A stretch of DNA of 64,000 nt, from assembly GCF_006345805.1 (NCBI RefSeq), contig NC_043002.1, positions 32,860,001-32,924,000 of the forward strand, written 5' to 3'. Source of the stretch: Octopus sinensis. Taxonomy: Eukaryota. A program made the position numbers and the translations under genes. This document shows positions 34,457-49,131 of this stretch, one piece after another (position 1 is the first letter of the stretch; each line of letters begins with the position of its first letter). The notes under the pieces are model-generated. The model searched no databases. It was given only the letters and a program-made list of their open reading frames with translations, and had not been told where the DNA came from.

Positions 34457-36073
34457 CAGTTGCGGCCAAAACGTTCAGAACGGTATTGTTTTCGCCAGAA
34501 AAGTAGGTATAAATTTTTATTAAAGTTGTTTTATATTCTATAATTTTCACAGACAATAAATACGATATTAATTGTTATTGTCTAAGATGTTGGTGTAATT
34601 TGAGAGGATAATACAAAAGTTAGGAATGATTTAGTGATTTACTGCAAAACCCATGGCGGTCAAAATGATCAGAACGGTTGAAAAAATAACAAAATAATCA
34701 AAAATGACAGAGAATACTGGAATTATTTAATATTTAGTGTGAAGCACTTTAGCTTCAAACACACTTTGACATCTTTGACTGCATGAGGAAATTAAATTTT
34801 CAATTTCTTGCTAGGTGATCTTATTCCATTCTTCCTGAAGGGCATTCCATAATAGCTCGGTTGTTTTAGGATTTCTGGCTTTCGAACGTTCTCCTAGAAT
34901 ATTCCACACATTTTCAATAGGATTGAGATCTGGGCTTTGAGCAGGCCAATCCATAATGATAACCTTTTCAGCCTTGAGGAAGTTCATGACCACCTTAGCC
35001 TTGTGACATGGGGCATTGTCCTGCATGAATATGGGTGGTTGCTTAGTTGAATTTCTCAGCACAGGCAAGACATGATCTTTTACAAGTTGTTTATAAACTC
35101 CTGCATTTACCTTTCCGTGTAATCGCACCAAAGAGCCCACACCATCTCCAGATATCATCCCTCAAACCATGACACTTCCCTCCACCAAATTTAACACTAG
35201 TCTTAAGGCATTTAGGCGAAAATTTTTCACCTACTTTTCAACGAACGTACCTTTTCCCATCTGAGGCAAATAACATAAACTTAGATTAATCACTGAAATG
35301 CACCGTTTGCCATTTTTCTTGAGACCACAACACATGTTCGCTTGCAAAGGTAAGACGACACTTTTTATTTTTGGAGCTGATCAGTGGCTTCACTGCAGGT
35401 GATCTTGCTTGTAGGTTATGTTCAACTAAACGATGAGACACATTTTTTCGAGATAACGTTTTCTTCAGTACAATGCTCATTTCCCAAGAAACAGCAGTAG
35501 CAGTTTTAAATCTGTCCTTTTTAACCAACTTTACCATAGCACAATCTTCTCTCTTGGTCGTTTTTCTTGGCCTACCCGTAGACTTTCTTGCTTCACACTA
35601 ACCACAATTATCGAAGACCTTAAGAATACCGTGAACAACACTTTTTGACTTGTTAACAATCTTTGCAATAGACCCAATACTCAAATTATCCTTCTTTCGA
35701 AGCTTAATAATCTGCTGACGAATTGGTAACGGAGTAAGTGGCATTATATTAACAAAGTACACTGCAGATATTCTTACTAATGTTTAGTAAACGAACAATC
35801 ACGTAAACAAATTCAAAACATTAGAGTTCGCCGGTTAAATATACTAAAGCACGGAGTAAAAGCAACCGTTCTGATCATTTTGGCCGCCATGGGTTTTGCA
35901 GTAAATCACTAAATCATCCATAACTTTTGTATTATCCTCTCAAATCTCAGACAATAACAATTAATATCGTATTTATTGTCTGTGAAAATTATAGAATATA
36001 AAACAACTTTGATAAAAACATACCTACTTTTCTGACGAAAACAATGCCGTTCTGAACATTTTGGTCGCAACTG
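34457..36073 (-). mobile_element. Full-length Tc1 element (1617 bp) with ~220 bp IR-DR terminal inverted repeats and TA target duplication
   Basis: TA-CAGTTGCGGCCAAAA ... TTTTGGTCGCAACTG-TA; inner direct repeats at ~34652-34680 and ~35863-35891. Confidence 0.92.
34727..35744 (-). pseudogene. Tc1 transposase (DD34E), disrupted
   Basis: MPLTPLPIRQQII...STGRPRKTT...VHFSD...FMQDNAPCHKAK...WPAQSPDLNPIENVW...HTKY*. Confidence 0.9.
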
Positions 36074-36082
36074 TATATACGC

Positions 36083-36129
<47 letters not shown>

Positions 36130-36698
36130 TATAAATATACATACATATATATATACATATGTATGCATATATGTATATATGGGTATATATATATATAAAT
36201 ATATATAGAGAGGGGGAGCGGGAGGGGCAGTTATTCGGATAAATAGGTGTTGATTGTACTCATTACACATGTACCGAGCCCCAAAAGACACATTTTAAAC
36301 TCATAACACCTTTCTTCTACCTCTTTAATTTTCTCTGTCATTTGTATTCTGTGTAAGTTAGACCCATTAATATAAATATCTATATATTTATACTTAAAAA
36401 TTCATCATCCGAAAATCTCCCTAGTTTGCTTTTTCTCGTGCGTATACACATATATAACATTTATTTCATACCGAAACTATTACAAGTATTATATTTAATA
36501 GATTAATTATATTTAAAGTATCTAATTTGTTTATCCTCATAGATGCCTCTATATTCCTCCAACTTGATCCCACATACCTTCATTCTTTACCCTACGGAAT
36601 CGATCCCCTGTAGAGACATCGGAATCTAAGTTTGAATCTTTTGAAGACTACTAAGTGTCTTCTATACTGAGAATGTCTGGATCTCATCTGTGGACTAT

Positions 36699-36743
<45 letters not shown>

Positions 36744-36907
36744 CATACAACACACCAAGACATACATACAAACATAATGTATACATTATATATATGCATA
36801 TATATTATATATATATTTATATATATATATATATGTAATATATATATATATACATACAGCTAATATATAAATATTATATTAATATATGTATGTATATATA
36901 TATTTAT

Positions 36908-36963
<56 letters not shown>

Positions 36964-37419
36964 TGCATACAAAACAAACACACCCATATATATATGACTG
37001 GATTTGGTAGATGGTAACTGAAAGAAACCCGTCGCGCTTATATATAACTATGTGTTTGATTCTTTGTCTGCATTTGTCTCCCACTACAGTATGACAACCG
37101 ATGTTGGTGTGTTTACGTCTCCGTAACTTAGCGGTTCGGTAATGAATCCGATAGAATAAGTACAAGGTTTTAAAAAATAAGAACTTCGGTCTTATTTATT
37201 CGACTAAAATTCTTCAGGATGGTGCCCCAGAATGCCGTAGGTTTAGGAGTGTTTGTGTGTATAAGTGTGCGTGTGTGTGTGCACGAGCGTGTACGTGTTT
37301 GTGTGTGTGTGCACGAGCGTGTACGTGTTTGTGTGTGTGTGCATACGTGTGTGTCTGTATATCTATATGTTGTGTATATATATATAGGTATAGAAATTAA
37401 ATATAAATTATAAATTACA

Positions 37420-37620
37420 AAGTGGGACAAGAACGCAAAAACACACAAAGAGACGACACAAAAAAACAGACGGGTCACTCGAAGCCTCTAATCTTCAGTC
37501 GGGAACCGGATCATCTTAGCAATTTCGGCTGTTTAATCTCGATATCGCTCCGATCCGGCCAGCCCCAAAGAAAAACTAAGCCACGGGCATTAGATTTCTT
37601 GGAAAGAGGATCGAATGTAT
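37420..37620. mobile_element. Repeat fragment, probably a PLE-type terminal region (related copy at ~39625-39725)
   Basis: Shared TCGAAGCC...AATCTTCAGTC...GATCATC...AGCAA(A)TTTCGGCT block in both places; PLE assignment is a guess. Confidence 0.4.
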
Positions 37621-37750
37621 ATGAAACATGGACAGGATGTCACACGAATATAAATACAAGAAACAAAAATTAGAAATAAAAAACAAGAATAGTAAACAGG
37701 ACAAAAACAGCATGTATATTCTATTCAATTGTATTCGTATATGTATACAT

Positions 37751-38150
37751 AGCTGTGTGGTAAGTAGCTTGCCTACCAACCACATGGTTCCGGGTTCAGT
37801 CCCACTGCGTGGCATCTTGGGCAAGTGTCTTCTACTATAGCCTCGGGCCGACCAAAGCCTTGTGAGTGGATTTGGTAGACGGAAACTGAAAGAAGCCCGT
37901 CGTATATATGTATATATATATATATATGTGTGTGTGCGTGTATGTTTGTGTGTCTGTGTTTGTCCCTCGCATTGCTTGACAACCGATGCTGGTGTGTTTA
38001 CGTCCCCGTCACTTAGCGGTTCGGCAAAAGAGACCGATAGAATAAGTACTGGGCTTACAAAGAATAAGTCCCGGGGTCGAGTTGATGGACTAAAGGCGGT
38101 GCTCCAGCATGGCCACAGTCAAATGACTGAAACAAGTAAAAGAGAAAAGA
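37751..38150 (+). mobile_element. SINE family A (tRNA-like head, CORE-like CTTGGGCAAGT segment)
   Basis: GGTTCCGGGTTCAGTCCC B-box region; ATCTTGGGCAAGTGTCTT; tail GTCAAATGACTGAAACAAGTAAAAGAG. Confidence 0.85.
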
Positions 38151-38362
38151 GAAATAGATACGTAGGTAAAAAGAGATAGAAAGAGAGAGGAGAGGGAGTC
38201 AAGCAGAGTGAGAGAGAGAGAGGAAGATTACAAATGATTTACGCAGAAAGAAAGAAATATCTAAGTTAAAGTAAATTCGTGAGTGGAAATAGATTTTGGT
38301 GCGTAGTAAATATACGTGAACGTGTTTATCTGTCTCAGTGCAAAAATATTGAGTTGCATGTG

Positions 38363-38395
<33 letters not shown>

Positions 38396-39392
38396 ACAAT
38401 TGACGTAAATGTCATTGATCAGTTAAACGACAACTATATAACAATATACCGCGTCGTGTAGGAAAATACTGAAGTAACAGCAAAACGTGAAATTTTACAA
38501 AAAGTACCAAAAAGAAAAAAGAAAGGAAGGAAGGAAAAACTATGACGATGTTTGTGTAAATAATAGCTCTAAATCAAACATGAAACAAAGGGTAGAAGTT
38601 GGGAGACATCCATGAGTTTTGATATGCTAGGAATGTTTTGTGTCATCGAATATTTCTGTATATGTTCTTCGATGTGATATGTCAGCGTTTCGTAAATTAA
38701 GAGGAGAACATCCGAAATGAATTACTTTGAAAGCGCCGGAGTGATTCAACGATTTGAATACAAAACAGCGAATTATAAGCACCGTGTAAGGTATACTACA
38801 TCAAATACGGCTAACAAATGTGCTTTGTTAGTTGCTATCGCCGAGCTATCATCCACTAACCTCAGCAAATATTCTTGTTTTCGTTGGACAGATTAACACT
38901 ATTAGAGGGAGCGAGAGACGAATGAGCAGCAGCAGAGAGAGAGGGATGTAAAAAAAAAAAAAAACAGAGACAGTGAGAGACAACGAAAGACAGGTGTCAG
39001 CAGAGAGAGACAGAGAGACTGAGAGAAAGAGGGGGAAAGCTGCGGGGGCAAGGGAAAATATTTATAATATACCAACAAAACATTCTGGAATTATTCAGAA
39101 GGGGAGATTTGTTAGAAGAGTGGACTGAATAAATCTGGAGACAATCATATGTAATTCTATCTACCATTGCCGATCAAGATTTCAATTGATGTGCCTGTCT
39201 ATACATTGAGATAACAACATTATACTTCGGCTAAATAGAAATTCAAAACTTAATGTGCAAGGCAATACCAAACACGGAACAATAATTATTTTATAGCAGA
39301 TATTCTCATAACACACATAAATATATATATATATATATATATTATATATTATATATATATAGATATATAGATAGATAGATAGATGGATAGAG

Positions 39393-39428
<36 letters not shown>

Positions 39429-39528
39429 TATGTATGTATGTTGTATATATGTATGTATTACATATCTGAACATATAACACACACACACATATATATGTAT
39501 ATATCTTCTATATATATATATATTAATA

Positions 39529-39582
<54 letters not shown>

Positions 39583-39777
39583 CATATTATATATATATGT
39601 AAGAATGAATGTTTTTATATATAATGAACGTGAAATACAGGAAGGGACGAACACGGAACACAGACAATCATTCGAAGCCTTCAATCTTCAGTCAGACACC
39701 GATCATCATAGCAAATTTCGGCTATGCATATGTGTATAGGTTTATATATTATATATATATATATGTATGTATATATA

Positions 39778-39823
<46 letters not shown>

Positions 39824-39997
39824 AAGGGTGAAAAGGAACACACATATGTATGTATATATATATATATATAATATATATATGCATGTAATATATGTATATA
39901 TATTCATTTATTCGTTTTCAAACTTTGACTTCCAGCTTTTTTTTATTTCTACCTACCTCCCTAAATTAATACTTAGTAGGTTTTCTGTACCCACAGA

Positions 39998-40032
<35 letters not shown>

Positions 40033-40147
40033 ACATGCGTAGGCGCACATGCATATACATACGTAATGGATGCTTGCATGTATTTATATATGAATGCATG
40101 TAAGCGTAAATATATATATATATATGGATATATATTTATATATTCAT

Positions 40148-40201
<54 letters not shown>

Positions 40202-40287
40202 TGATTGATTGATTGATTCCAGTTTGCTCATGAGCTGTGGCCATGCTGGGGCACCGATAATATATTATATATTCATATATATATATA

Positions 40288-40379
<92 letters not shown>

Positions 40380-42079
40380 GGGTGCGGGTGTGTGTGTGTG
40401 TTATATATATATGTACATATGCATAAACACACACCGCATATATGTATATGCGAGGGTGTGATTGTGTGTGTATATGTGTGTGTATGTGTAATACATGTTT
40501 ATAGATAATCGAATATGTATTTATTTGTATGGGTGTAGAAAATCATTATTCATATGATTATATAAATTGTTCGTTATATACAACATACCGAACCCCCAAA
40601 TTAAAGCATATCCCCTTAATTATTTATACAAATTATTAATTCTACTCTAGGTATTTCTACAAATAACAGGCAAATTATATCTGATTGATATCTGACTCAT
40701 CAAAACAGCAGATTGATGTCTGAATATTTTTGTACCGAACAGAAAATACTCTACGTGGTTAGCTTACTCAGTAACAATAACAACTAAGAATGCCTCGAAA
40801 CTTAATCTAACCCTTCACAAAAGAAAATACAAGAACCGCATTTGTGAATGTTGTCTGTGTAGAAAATTGATGGGAAGTTCGTGATTTGAATTCTGTTCTT
40901 TATAACCTTACACGATCAAGGCTGATATAAGCATTATTATAGACCCTATAGTATTCGTTACTTGGCAATCACAAAATATACGGAGTAGAATTGGGCCCCT
41001 AGATCCGTGAGACACCTAGGCAAATCCTTGTACCGAGCCCGGTAGTATTTATTTGACATCAAGCTACAAAATACATAGATCAGAAATGGGCCCAAAGTTA
41101 TTTACTAGAGAGTAAATAACCTCAAATATAATTTTGATTTACAACAGAGTAGTCGTTTTAAGAAGAACATTCAAAACACCGAACATGAAATCAGAAAAAT
41201 AAACTAGTAAAAAATAAAGTTGTATAGCGGAAACAAACAATAATTCAGAGAAAATAAAAGCAAACAAAAAGTCAAACAGAAATGCAGTTACTAAAGTTGA
41301 GACTATTGAGAATGTATACTATAAAGATAGACCTACACGTGTAAAACAATAAAAATAAAGATCAGAAAATATGAATAATCAAGGTGTAGGGGTTGAAGAG
41401 AAATAGTACTCATAACCACAGGTGTCATGAGAATGATAATACATGACCAAAATCCATATGTACAGTATATAGAAAATATTACTGGGTAGTAAGCACTCAT
41501 ATATTCTAGAATGGATAGATACAAAAATATTTTATCTATTTTATCCCTTCAATTCGTTTAACTATCGGCTTAGAACATTCAAGCTGTAGTTTTAACTCAA
41601 GTGGATTATTATCATTATATCGATTATTTTATTTCTAGCATTGAGTTCAGTTTTTCTTTAATCTAACTCGTCTGTTGAACTCTGTTCTAATTTCTCCTTC
41701 ATTTCTGCGTGTTGCAGTATCAGTTTCATCTCCTAAATATTTTTATAGATGGTTCTGGTCTAATTCACAAATTTCTGTGTCTGTATCAATTTGAATACAA
41801 TGGAGATGGTTTATATTTTATCTGAAACATTTATGATAACGATGATTTCATTTAGTAGATTTGTTTATTGGGACAAAGCATAACAGAAATATAGAGGAGA
41901 TAAAGTATCTGCCTGAAAGATACCTTCCTTTGTCAGTAAAGAACTGATAGTAATCATATTTTCTTCAGAGAAATATGATTACTATTTTGACTTTAAATAC
42001 TTGATGTATAGAATTAATTTTAGAGCTGTTTTATTGGCGTTGACTGACACCAGTGTCCCAAAGTAAGGGACAAAAGTTA

Positions 42080-42540
42080 CAACGGGCTTCTTTCAGTTTC
42101 CGTCTACCAAGTCCACTCACAAGGTTTTGGTGAACGCGAGGCTGTAGTAGAGGACACTTGCCAAAAGTGCCACACAGTGGGACTGAATCTGGAACCATAT
42201 GACTGGGAAACAAACTGCTAACCACACAGCCATGCTTGCGCCTATACACACACATACAAACACATATACATTCTTTATTCTTTTATTTGTCATTTGACTG
42301 CGGCTATGCTGGAGCACCACCTTTAGTCGAAGAAGTCGACCCCAGGACTTATTCTTTGTAAGCCTAGTACTTATTCTATCGGACTCTTGCCGAACCGCTA
42401 AGTTACGGCAACGTAAACACGACAACATCGGTAGTCAAGCGATGTTGGGGGTACAATTAGAGACACACAAACATATATATATATATACGACAGGCTTCTT
42501 TCAGTTTCCGTTTATCAAATCCACTCACAAGGCTTTGTAT
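42080..42540 (-). mobile_element. Two partial SINE family A copies
   Basis: Reverse complement of head (42080-42240) and of body/tail (42270-42540). Confidence 0.8.
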
Positions 42541-42676
42541 CTTTTTATTTGTCTTGCTCGCTTTACGCCCTGGCATTTGCCGAAATTTCTTGAGAACTAT
42601 TTTTCTTGGTGGTCAGACCATATGGGGTCTTTCTCTAGCATATTAGGTATCCACCTATCGGTCATTCCTATTATTT

Positions 42677-42815
<139 letters not shown>

Positions 42816-43087
42816 TGGAAACATTTTTACTTTTTACTAATTACAGGTACTACCCTGTAGTCACACTAGAGCATTGTATGTAAGCCTACTACTAATTTCA
42901 TTCTATTTCAGTTATCAAATGCCAAAATTACCTTGATTCAACATTAGTTTTTATATCAAATAAACAGCCATGTCTAATCTCTAATTTATACAGAAAATAT
43001 TCTCCTCAATTTTATAGAAGTTATTCATATTCTTACAAATGTGGTAAATGTAACAAAGAAAATATGACTCATATTATATTGTCTTTT

Positions 43088-43118
<31 letters not shown>

Positions 43119-43679
43119 GCGCCCGCGCATCCAATTCTGAGAGTATAACCAATATTTGTTTATCTCAGCAGTCACGTAGCCAGCTGATTTCAACTGGAGG
43201 TGCTATCTTGATAGCTGGTGGTGCTGAATAGGTGTATGGACAAAAGCCCCTTCTTAAAGTGTGAAAGTGGACAAAAGCCCCATGCTTATATTTTTCGGTT
43301 ATTTTTTCGTTTTTTTTTTTTTTCTTGAAGCCTAACCAGGTCAAAACATCTGATATATTTCGTTTTTATTTTCACTTTACTTATTGCAATCTTTAAACTA
43401 AGGCCATGCTGGGGCATCACCTCGAAGAATTTTTAGTCGAATGTATCGACTCCAATATTTTTTTTAATGATTTTCAACAACCACATAATTAAGCCTAAAA
43501 GTTATTTCCAGATGCAAGATATAACAGCCAAATCTTTAAACATTATTTTTATATAATTTCAAATGAACAAAAACGGAAACCGCGGTCGTAAAAAAGAAAA
43601 CTAAACACTTTCATACTTTAACTATGGTGGATGGGGATTGTTTGAGGGGCTTTTATCTTAGTGGGATTTTTATATATAT

Positions 43680-43903
43680 TTCTTTACTGCCCATAAGGGG
43701 CTAAACATAGAGGGGACAAACAAGGACAGACGAAGGGATTGAGTCGATTATATCGTCCCCAGTGCGAAACTGGTACTTTATTTATCGACCCCGAAAGGAT
43801 GAAAGGCAAAGTTGACCTCGGCGGAATTTGAACTCAGAACGTAACGACAGACGAAATACCGCTAAGCATTTCGTCCGGCGCGCTAACGTGTCTGCCAGCT
43901 CGG
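43680..43903 (-). mobile_element. SINE family B (tRNA-like head, Deu/Nin-like central segment) with a 17 bp TSD
   Basis: GAGTTCAAATTCC B-box; GCCTTTCATCCTTTCGGGGTCGATAAA resembles the Deu/Nin domain (recalled); GGGATTTTTATATATAT at 43663-43679 and 43904-43920. Confidence 0.8.
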
Positions 43904-44559
43904 GGGATTTTTATATATATATACGTGTGTAGTGATGTGTTTATTACCATAACTACAGCAACAATTCTTCACATACTTTTCAACAGCAACAACGACAATC
44001 ACTAGCACCACCGCCGCCGTCGCCACCACGACTGCCACCACAACAACGGAGAACAGCAACAACTGACCCAGGGTCAGCCACTCCTTGATTCAACCCACAG
44101 TTGATGACCAGGTCAGCAGCCAATTCTGTGACAACAATTACAGCTACAACAAACACTTTGACCAGCTCTAACTTACCCGCGTTTTCATACTACGAAATCA
44201 AAAGAAATTTAATTTATTGCATCTTTAACGACTTCAGATATTGCTTATGAGAAAAAAGAAGTACGGCGACAATGTATTATTTCAAAAGAGGATAAAACAA
44301 ATTTTCATACGAGGGCGGGGGCTGTGATTCTAACGGGGTGCTGAGCACCCCATAATCCCTCTCCCCACTGGCTACATGCCTGCTTCTCAGAGGCCAGTTT
44401 TCATTACTAAAGAGTATGTCTTTGCTGTTGTATCTATCTGTCGAAAGAGTTATCTATATGTCAAACCTCACCTGTCCTCCCCTTTACACTTTATATTGAC
44501 ATTTCTGTGATAACGATCCCTATTGATCGATTTTTTTCTTTTTCCTTTTATTCCCCCAC

Positions 44560-44716
44560 CTTTCTTTTTTTTTTTTTTTTTTTGCTTTCCTCTTTCTTTC
44601 CTTTTACGATCCCTTTTGATCGAAAACCAAACCCCCTTTTTTCATCCCCAAAAAGAAAAGCTCTACCTTGTAATTTGCCCCGTCTGTGTGCAGCCCTGTG
44701 TGGCTAATAAAGAAAC
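44560..44716 (+). mobile_element. Isolated Tx1/L1-type 3' tail
   Basis: T-rich stretch, then TTTGCCCCGTCTGTGTGC-AGCC-CTGTGT-GGCT-AATAAAGAAA. Confidence 0.5.
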
Positions 44717-45498
44717 ATATCTATATGTCAATCAGTTTCTCTATCTATAAATTCATGCATATGTAAATGTGCGCGTGTGTTTTGTGTGTGTGAATGTGTA
44801 TCTTCATATTTTTCACCATACTGTGACCACTGGATATATTTGCGTTTCAATTTCCCCGTTTCCCTCCTCGTTTTATTCTCTCTGCCTGTCCTATCTTTCG
44901 GAAGAAAAACGAATGCACGATTTGTTAAAAAGATATCTTGTCATTTTTTTTTTAATTTTCTGTGCGTCAAATTGTGTTGTTGTTGTTTTTGTTTCGCAAC
45001 TTTTGCGCTTAATGCTTATACTTATGTGTGAGCATGTTTATGTATGTATACACATCTACATAGATACACTTATGTGTATGTGCTGTGTGCGCGTGTGCGC
45101 ATGCATACGTCACAAAGGGCGAGGTGCGTATGTTTGTCACGCATAAACTATCTACGCAGTATAGTTATTATATTCAGCGTTAACTGTTCGAAATAATGCG
45201 ACCTGTGCAGTCAGAGTTCAGCGTTTTACACATTTTATTAATATGAACATGGACGAGGGGTAAATGACACACCCTAATATATGTCACAGATTTTAAATCT
45301 TCACACAGTACTTTAAATTGAAACCGCCCACTCATTATATGTTAGACCGAGCCGGACAAAAAGTTTAGTTGTGCTTGATGTTGCCTTACGTATTTTAAGT
45401 GTCGAAAAATCCAAAATAGATTAAATACTGTGATCGAAGTAATCGACGTCGAAATCCCTTCAAAATTGCAGCCCTTGTGCCAAACTTATATACGGGTA

Positions 45499-45883
45499 GG
45501 CGCAGGAGTGGCTGTGTGGTAAGTAGCTTGTTTACCAACCACATGGTTCCGGGTTCAATCCCACTGCGTGGCACCTTGGGCAAGTGTCTTCTACTATAGG
45601 CTCGGGCCGACCAAAGCCTTGTGAGTGGATTTGGTAGACGGAAACTGAATGTATATATATGAATGTGTGTGTTTGTGTGTCTGTGTTTGTCCCTCTAGCA
45701 TTGCTTGACAACCGATGCTGGTGTGGCTATGTCCCCGTTACTTAGCGGTTCGGCAAATAGAGACCGATAGAATAAGTGCTGGGCTTACAAAAGAATAAGT
45801 CCCGAGGTCGAGTTGCTCGATTAAAGGCAGTGCTCTAGCATGGCCGCAGTCAAATGACTGAAACAAGTAAAAGAGTAAAAGAG
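45499..45883 (+). mobile_element. SINE family A, full-length
   Basis: GGCGCAGGAGTGGCTGTGTGGTAAG head through CCTTGGGCAAGT to a GTAAAAGA repeat tail. Confidence 0.88.
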
Positions 45884-46224
45884 AGGGCATTTTTTGTGGG
45901 CAGGAGGTTATCATTACTTAAGCCCTTGTCAGTCCTAAATTTATCTGCGATATGTTTTAAAATAATCTAACCATAAGCATCCCGCCTTTTCTGTCATAGC
46001 TTATCTCACGTTACATTATACAGTATATCCTTCATTTCTGCTAATGACTCTAGAATATTATTATTTTGTTCTTTATTCAGAGTGGGTGAATTACGTGAGA
46101 TAAAATAATCAACAAGTAATTTTTGTAATGTATAACATAGATCTCATACAAATGTACAGTATTGACCAAAGTTCATTCTTATATTTTCTACAAATGCTAT
46201 CAGTCACATGCCGTACCTTTGGCT

Positions 46225-46550
46225 AAATTTCAAGTTTTTAATTGGTCATTACCGACATCTTTGTTATTATTAATCATTATTGATATTTGTAGCTTATGCT
46301 TCGTCATTACTAACATCCTTAACTTATAACTGGTCATCACTGATATCTTTAGGTTTTGATTGCTCATTACCGACATCTTGAATTTGTGACTGACATTTTA
46401 GCTTATGATTGGTCATCACTGACATTTCTCGACTATGATTAGTTATTACTGACAACTTTACTCCCTGGTTGATCATCATTGTTGTCTCTAGTTTATGATT
46501 AGCGATTACTGCTACCTCTAGCTTATACGCGATTATTACTGACGTTTATA
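46225..46550. repeat. Degenerate minisatellite, ~30-33 bp unit, about 10 copies
   Basis: Consensus-like AGCTTATGATTGGTCATTACTGACATCTTT. Confidence 0.7.
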
Positions 46551-46870
46551 AGTCATCTAAGAACAAATCCCATAAGGTAAAAAATCCCGTAAGATAAAAA
46601 GTAAACGTATTACACACTATAGCAGCATATGCTGGTTTAAATCAGTCCTTTCCATTATATATACATACATATATACTGGTGTGTGTGTGTACATATTGAC
46701 ATCAAATATATTAGCGTAGGTGTTGGTGTTTTGTAAGAAGCTTTGCTTCCAACTTGGTTCCAGGTTGAATCCTACTGCATGGCACCTTGGGCGAGTGTCT
46801 TTTACAATTGCCTCAGACAAACCAACGCCTTGTGAGTGGATTTTGCGAGAGGAACTGAGAGAAACACCGT

Positions 46871-47180
<310 letters not shown>

Positions 47181-47916
47181 ATAGATAATCAAGGCGCAGA
47201 AATGGCGTACTCCAAATGAATAGGTGATGTTATCCGATGGTAAAAAGAATTCCGCGAATTAGGTACTCGAAAGCCAGTCGGAAGGACGGCGGTCCGTTTG
47301 AGCGTGCGGTAAATAGTTAATATACGAAAAACGGAGAAAGAAAAAGAAAAAACAACAACGAAACTGAGGTAGGTGCGGTGGTATTTGGAGACGGAGAGGT
47401 AATTAGTTGGAGGTGAGCTAGGGGGTGGGTAGGGTCGAGGGTGGTAAGGAAACGGAGTTGGACAAGAGGAGACAGGAGAAGCAGACAGGATCAGTAGGGT
47501 TATGTACATACAAAGTATTAATAAGACGCTCAGGAAAGGTACGCGTGTGGATGTAGTTTTATTTGGAAGTTGTAGAAGTTTTGGTGTTTGTTTTGTGTGG
47601 TTGGGTTTTGTTTGTAGTTTGTTTTTGTTTGATGGTTTGTTTAGATGGGTTGTTTTAATCCTAGTGTCGTCTGGTTAAGCCGTGTGGGTAGTTGTTTTAT
47701 GTTTCAAGCTAGCTTTCTTCGGAAACAGGAGACATGAACGAAAGTCCAAAAGAAAAGAAAGTTGAGGTGAATAATCCTAGCATTAACCTCTCCTACGTCC
47801 ACGTTGTAGTTAAGTTCTAATCTTTGGCAATGACCAGAATCACCGTAGATGGACAAAAGAGAAAGTGCCTTTCGAAGAAGAGAATGTTATAAAGACTAGT
47901 TGGTATCTGTATGTGT

Positions 47917-48166
47917 GGGCGGCGGAGCTTAGAGCATTGGCGGCGAGCTTGCAGAAACGTTAGCAAGTCGGGCGAAATGCTTAGCAGTATTCGTAGCTCT
48001 GTCGTTACGGTGTGAGTTCAAATTCCGCCGAGGTCGACTTTACCTTTCATCCTTTCGATAAATCAAGTACCAGTTACGCACTGGGGTCGATGTAATCGAC
48101 TTAGTACCCATGTCTGTCCTTGTTTGTCCCCTCTATGTTTAGCCCCTTATGGGTAATAAAGAAATG
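47917..48166 (+). mobile_element. SINE family B with Tx1-like tail and a 15 bp TSD
   Basis: GGTATCTGTATGTGT at 47902-47916 and 48167-48181; tail GTCCCCTCTATGTTTAGCCCCTTATGGGTAATAAAGAAA. Confidence 0.82.
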
Positions 48167-48700
48167 GGTATCTGTATGTGTTGATACGAGTCCGGTGGCA
48201 TGCGTGTTTGATAGTGTGTGTGTGTGTGTCTGCATGTGCTGGCGGTGGCGTGTGTAAGGTAACGTGTGTGTAGCAGTAACTAAGTGCATGTGTGTGCGTG
48301 GTAGCGTGTATGCATGTGTTGTTAATTGTGTGTGTGAGTGTGAGTATGTGTGCATGCGCATGTGGTAGGTGATATTATCTGTTTACATGTATTTATGTGA
48401 GTGATCTCTGTGTGTGTCTGTTAATGTTATAGTTAGAGGTCAGCAGCTTTGGTGACAGGGCGGGTAGTTGTGTGTTTTTGAGCATGTGTGTAAATGAGAT
48501 GGTCAGTAGTAGCCCGGGCAGTAGAAGGGTGTAAGAGTGACAGCCTGAAGTGGGAATATGTGTATGTGTGTGTCCATGGACATACGCACATAAACACACA
48601 ATTTTCTTGTCTTTTTTCTCCGATATATACATATATGTGTGTGTGTGTGTGTGTGTGTGTACATATATATACACACACACACACATATACGATTATAATT

Positions 48701-48832
48701 AAGGGCATAGAAAAATTCTTGATTATATGCTGAAAGAAGACGCTAAATCATCGAACCACATTAACTATCATTACTATTATTATTACACACGTCTTCTTTC
48801 AGTATACAGGCAAGAATTTCTTCTATGCCCTT
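48701..48832. repeat. Imperfect inverted repeat (~42 bp arms, ~47 bp spacer)
   Basis: AAGGGCATAGAA...CTGAAAGAAGACG versus CGTCTTCTTTCAG...TTCTATGCCCTT. Confidence 0.8.
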
Positions 48833-48994
48833 ATTTATAATTGTATTTATGATTTCACCTTAATAGGTCTACTTTTTTACATACTGGCCACAGATAAAAT
48901 TTTAAGAATTTTATCCTTTTATACATGCATACATACATAACAAACATACATACATACACACACACGCACACATACACACTACATACATGCATAC

Positions 48995-49046
<52 letters not shown>

Positions 49047-49131
49047 ATTAATTAAGGGTAGAAATGATATTTATAATTAAGACCAGTGGTCTAGCATATT
49101 AAAAAAGAATCCGAAGATTAAAATATTTATA

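Noticed and set aside
37470-37510. CTGAAGA...CGA motif on minus (also ~39665-39700) as a hammerhead
   Set aside because: The core start is present but GAAA is altered and stems I and III do not pair convincingly
40800-41900. Possible PLE GIY-YIG or N-terminal coding remnants
   Set aside because: Only faint motif similarity amid many stops; not supportable without a profile search
43980-44170. CAA/CAC-rich stretch as a Gln/Thr/Pro-rich host exon
   Set aside because: Stop codons, no clear splice sites; looks like decayed trinucleotide repeat
46225-46550. ~31 bp periodic repeat that could be mistaken for a CRISPR array
   Set aside because: The units are contiguous and degenerate with no unique spacers, there are no cas genes, and the context is eukaryotic
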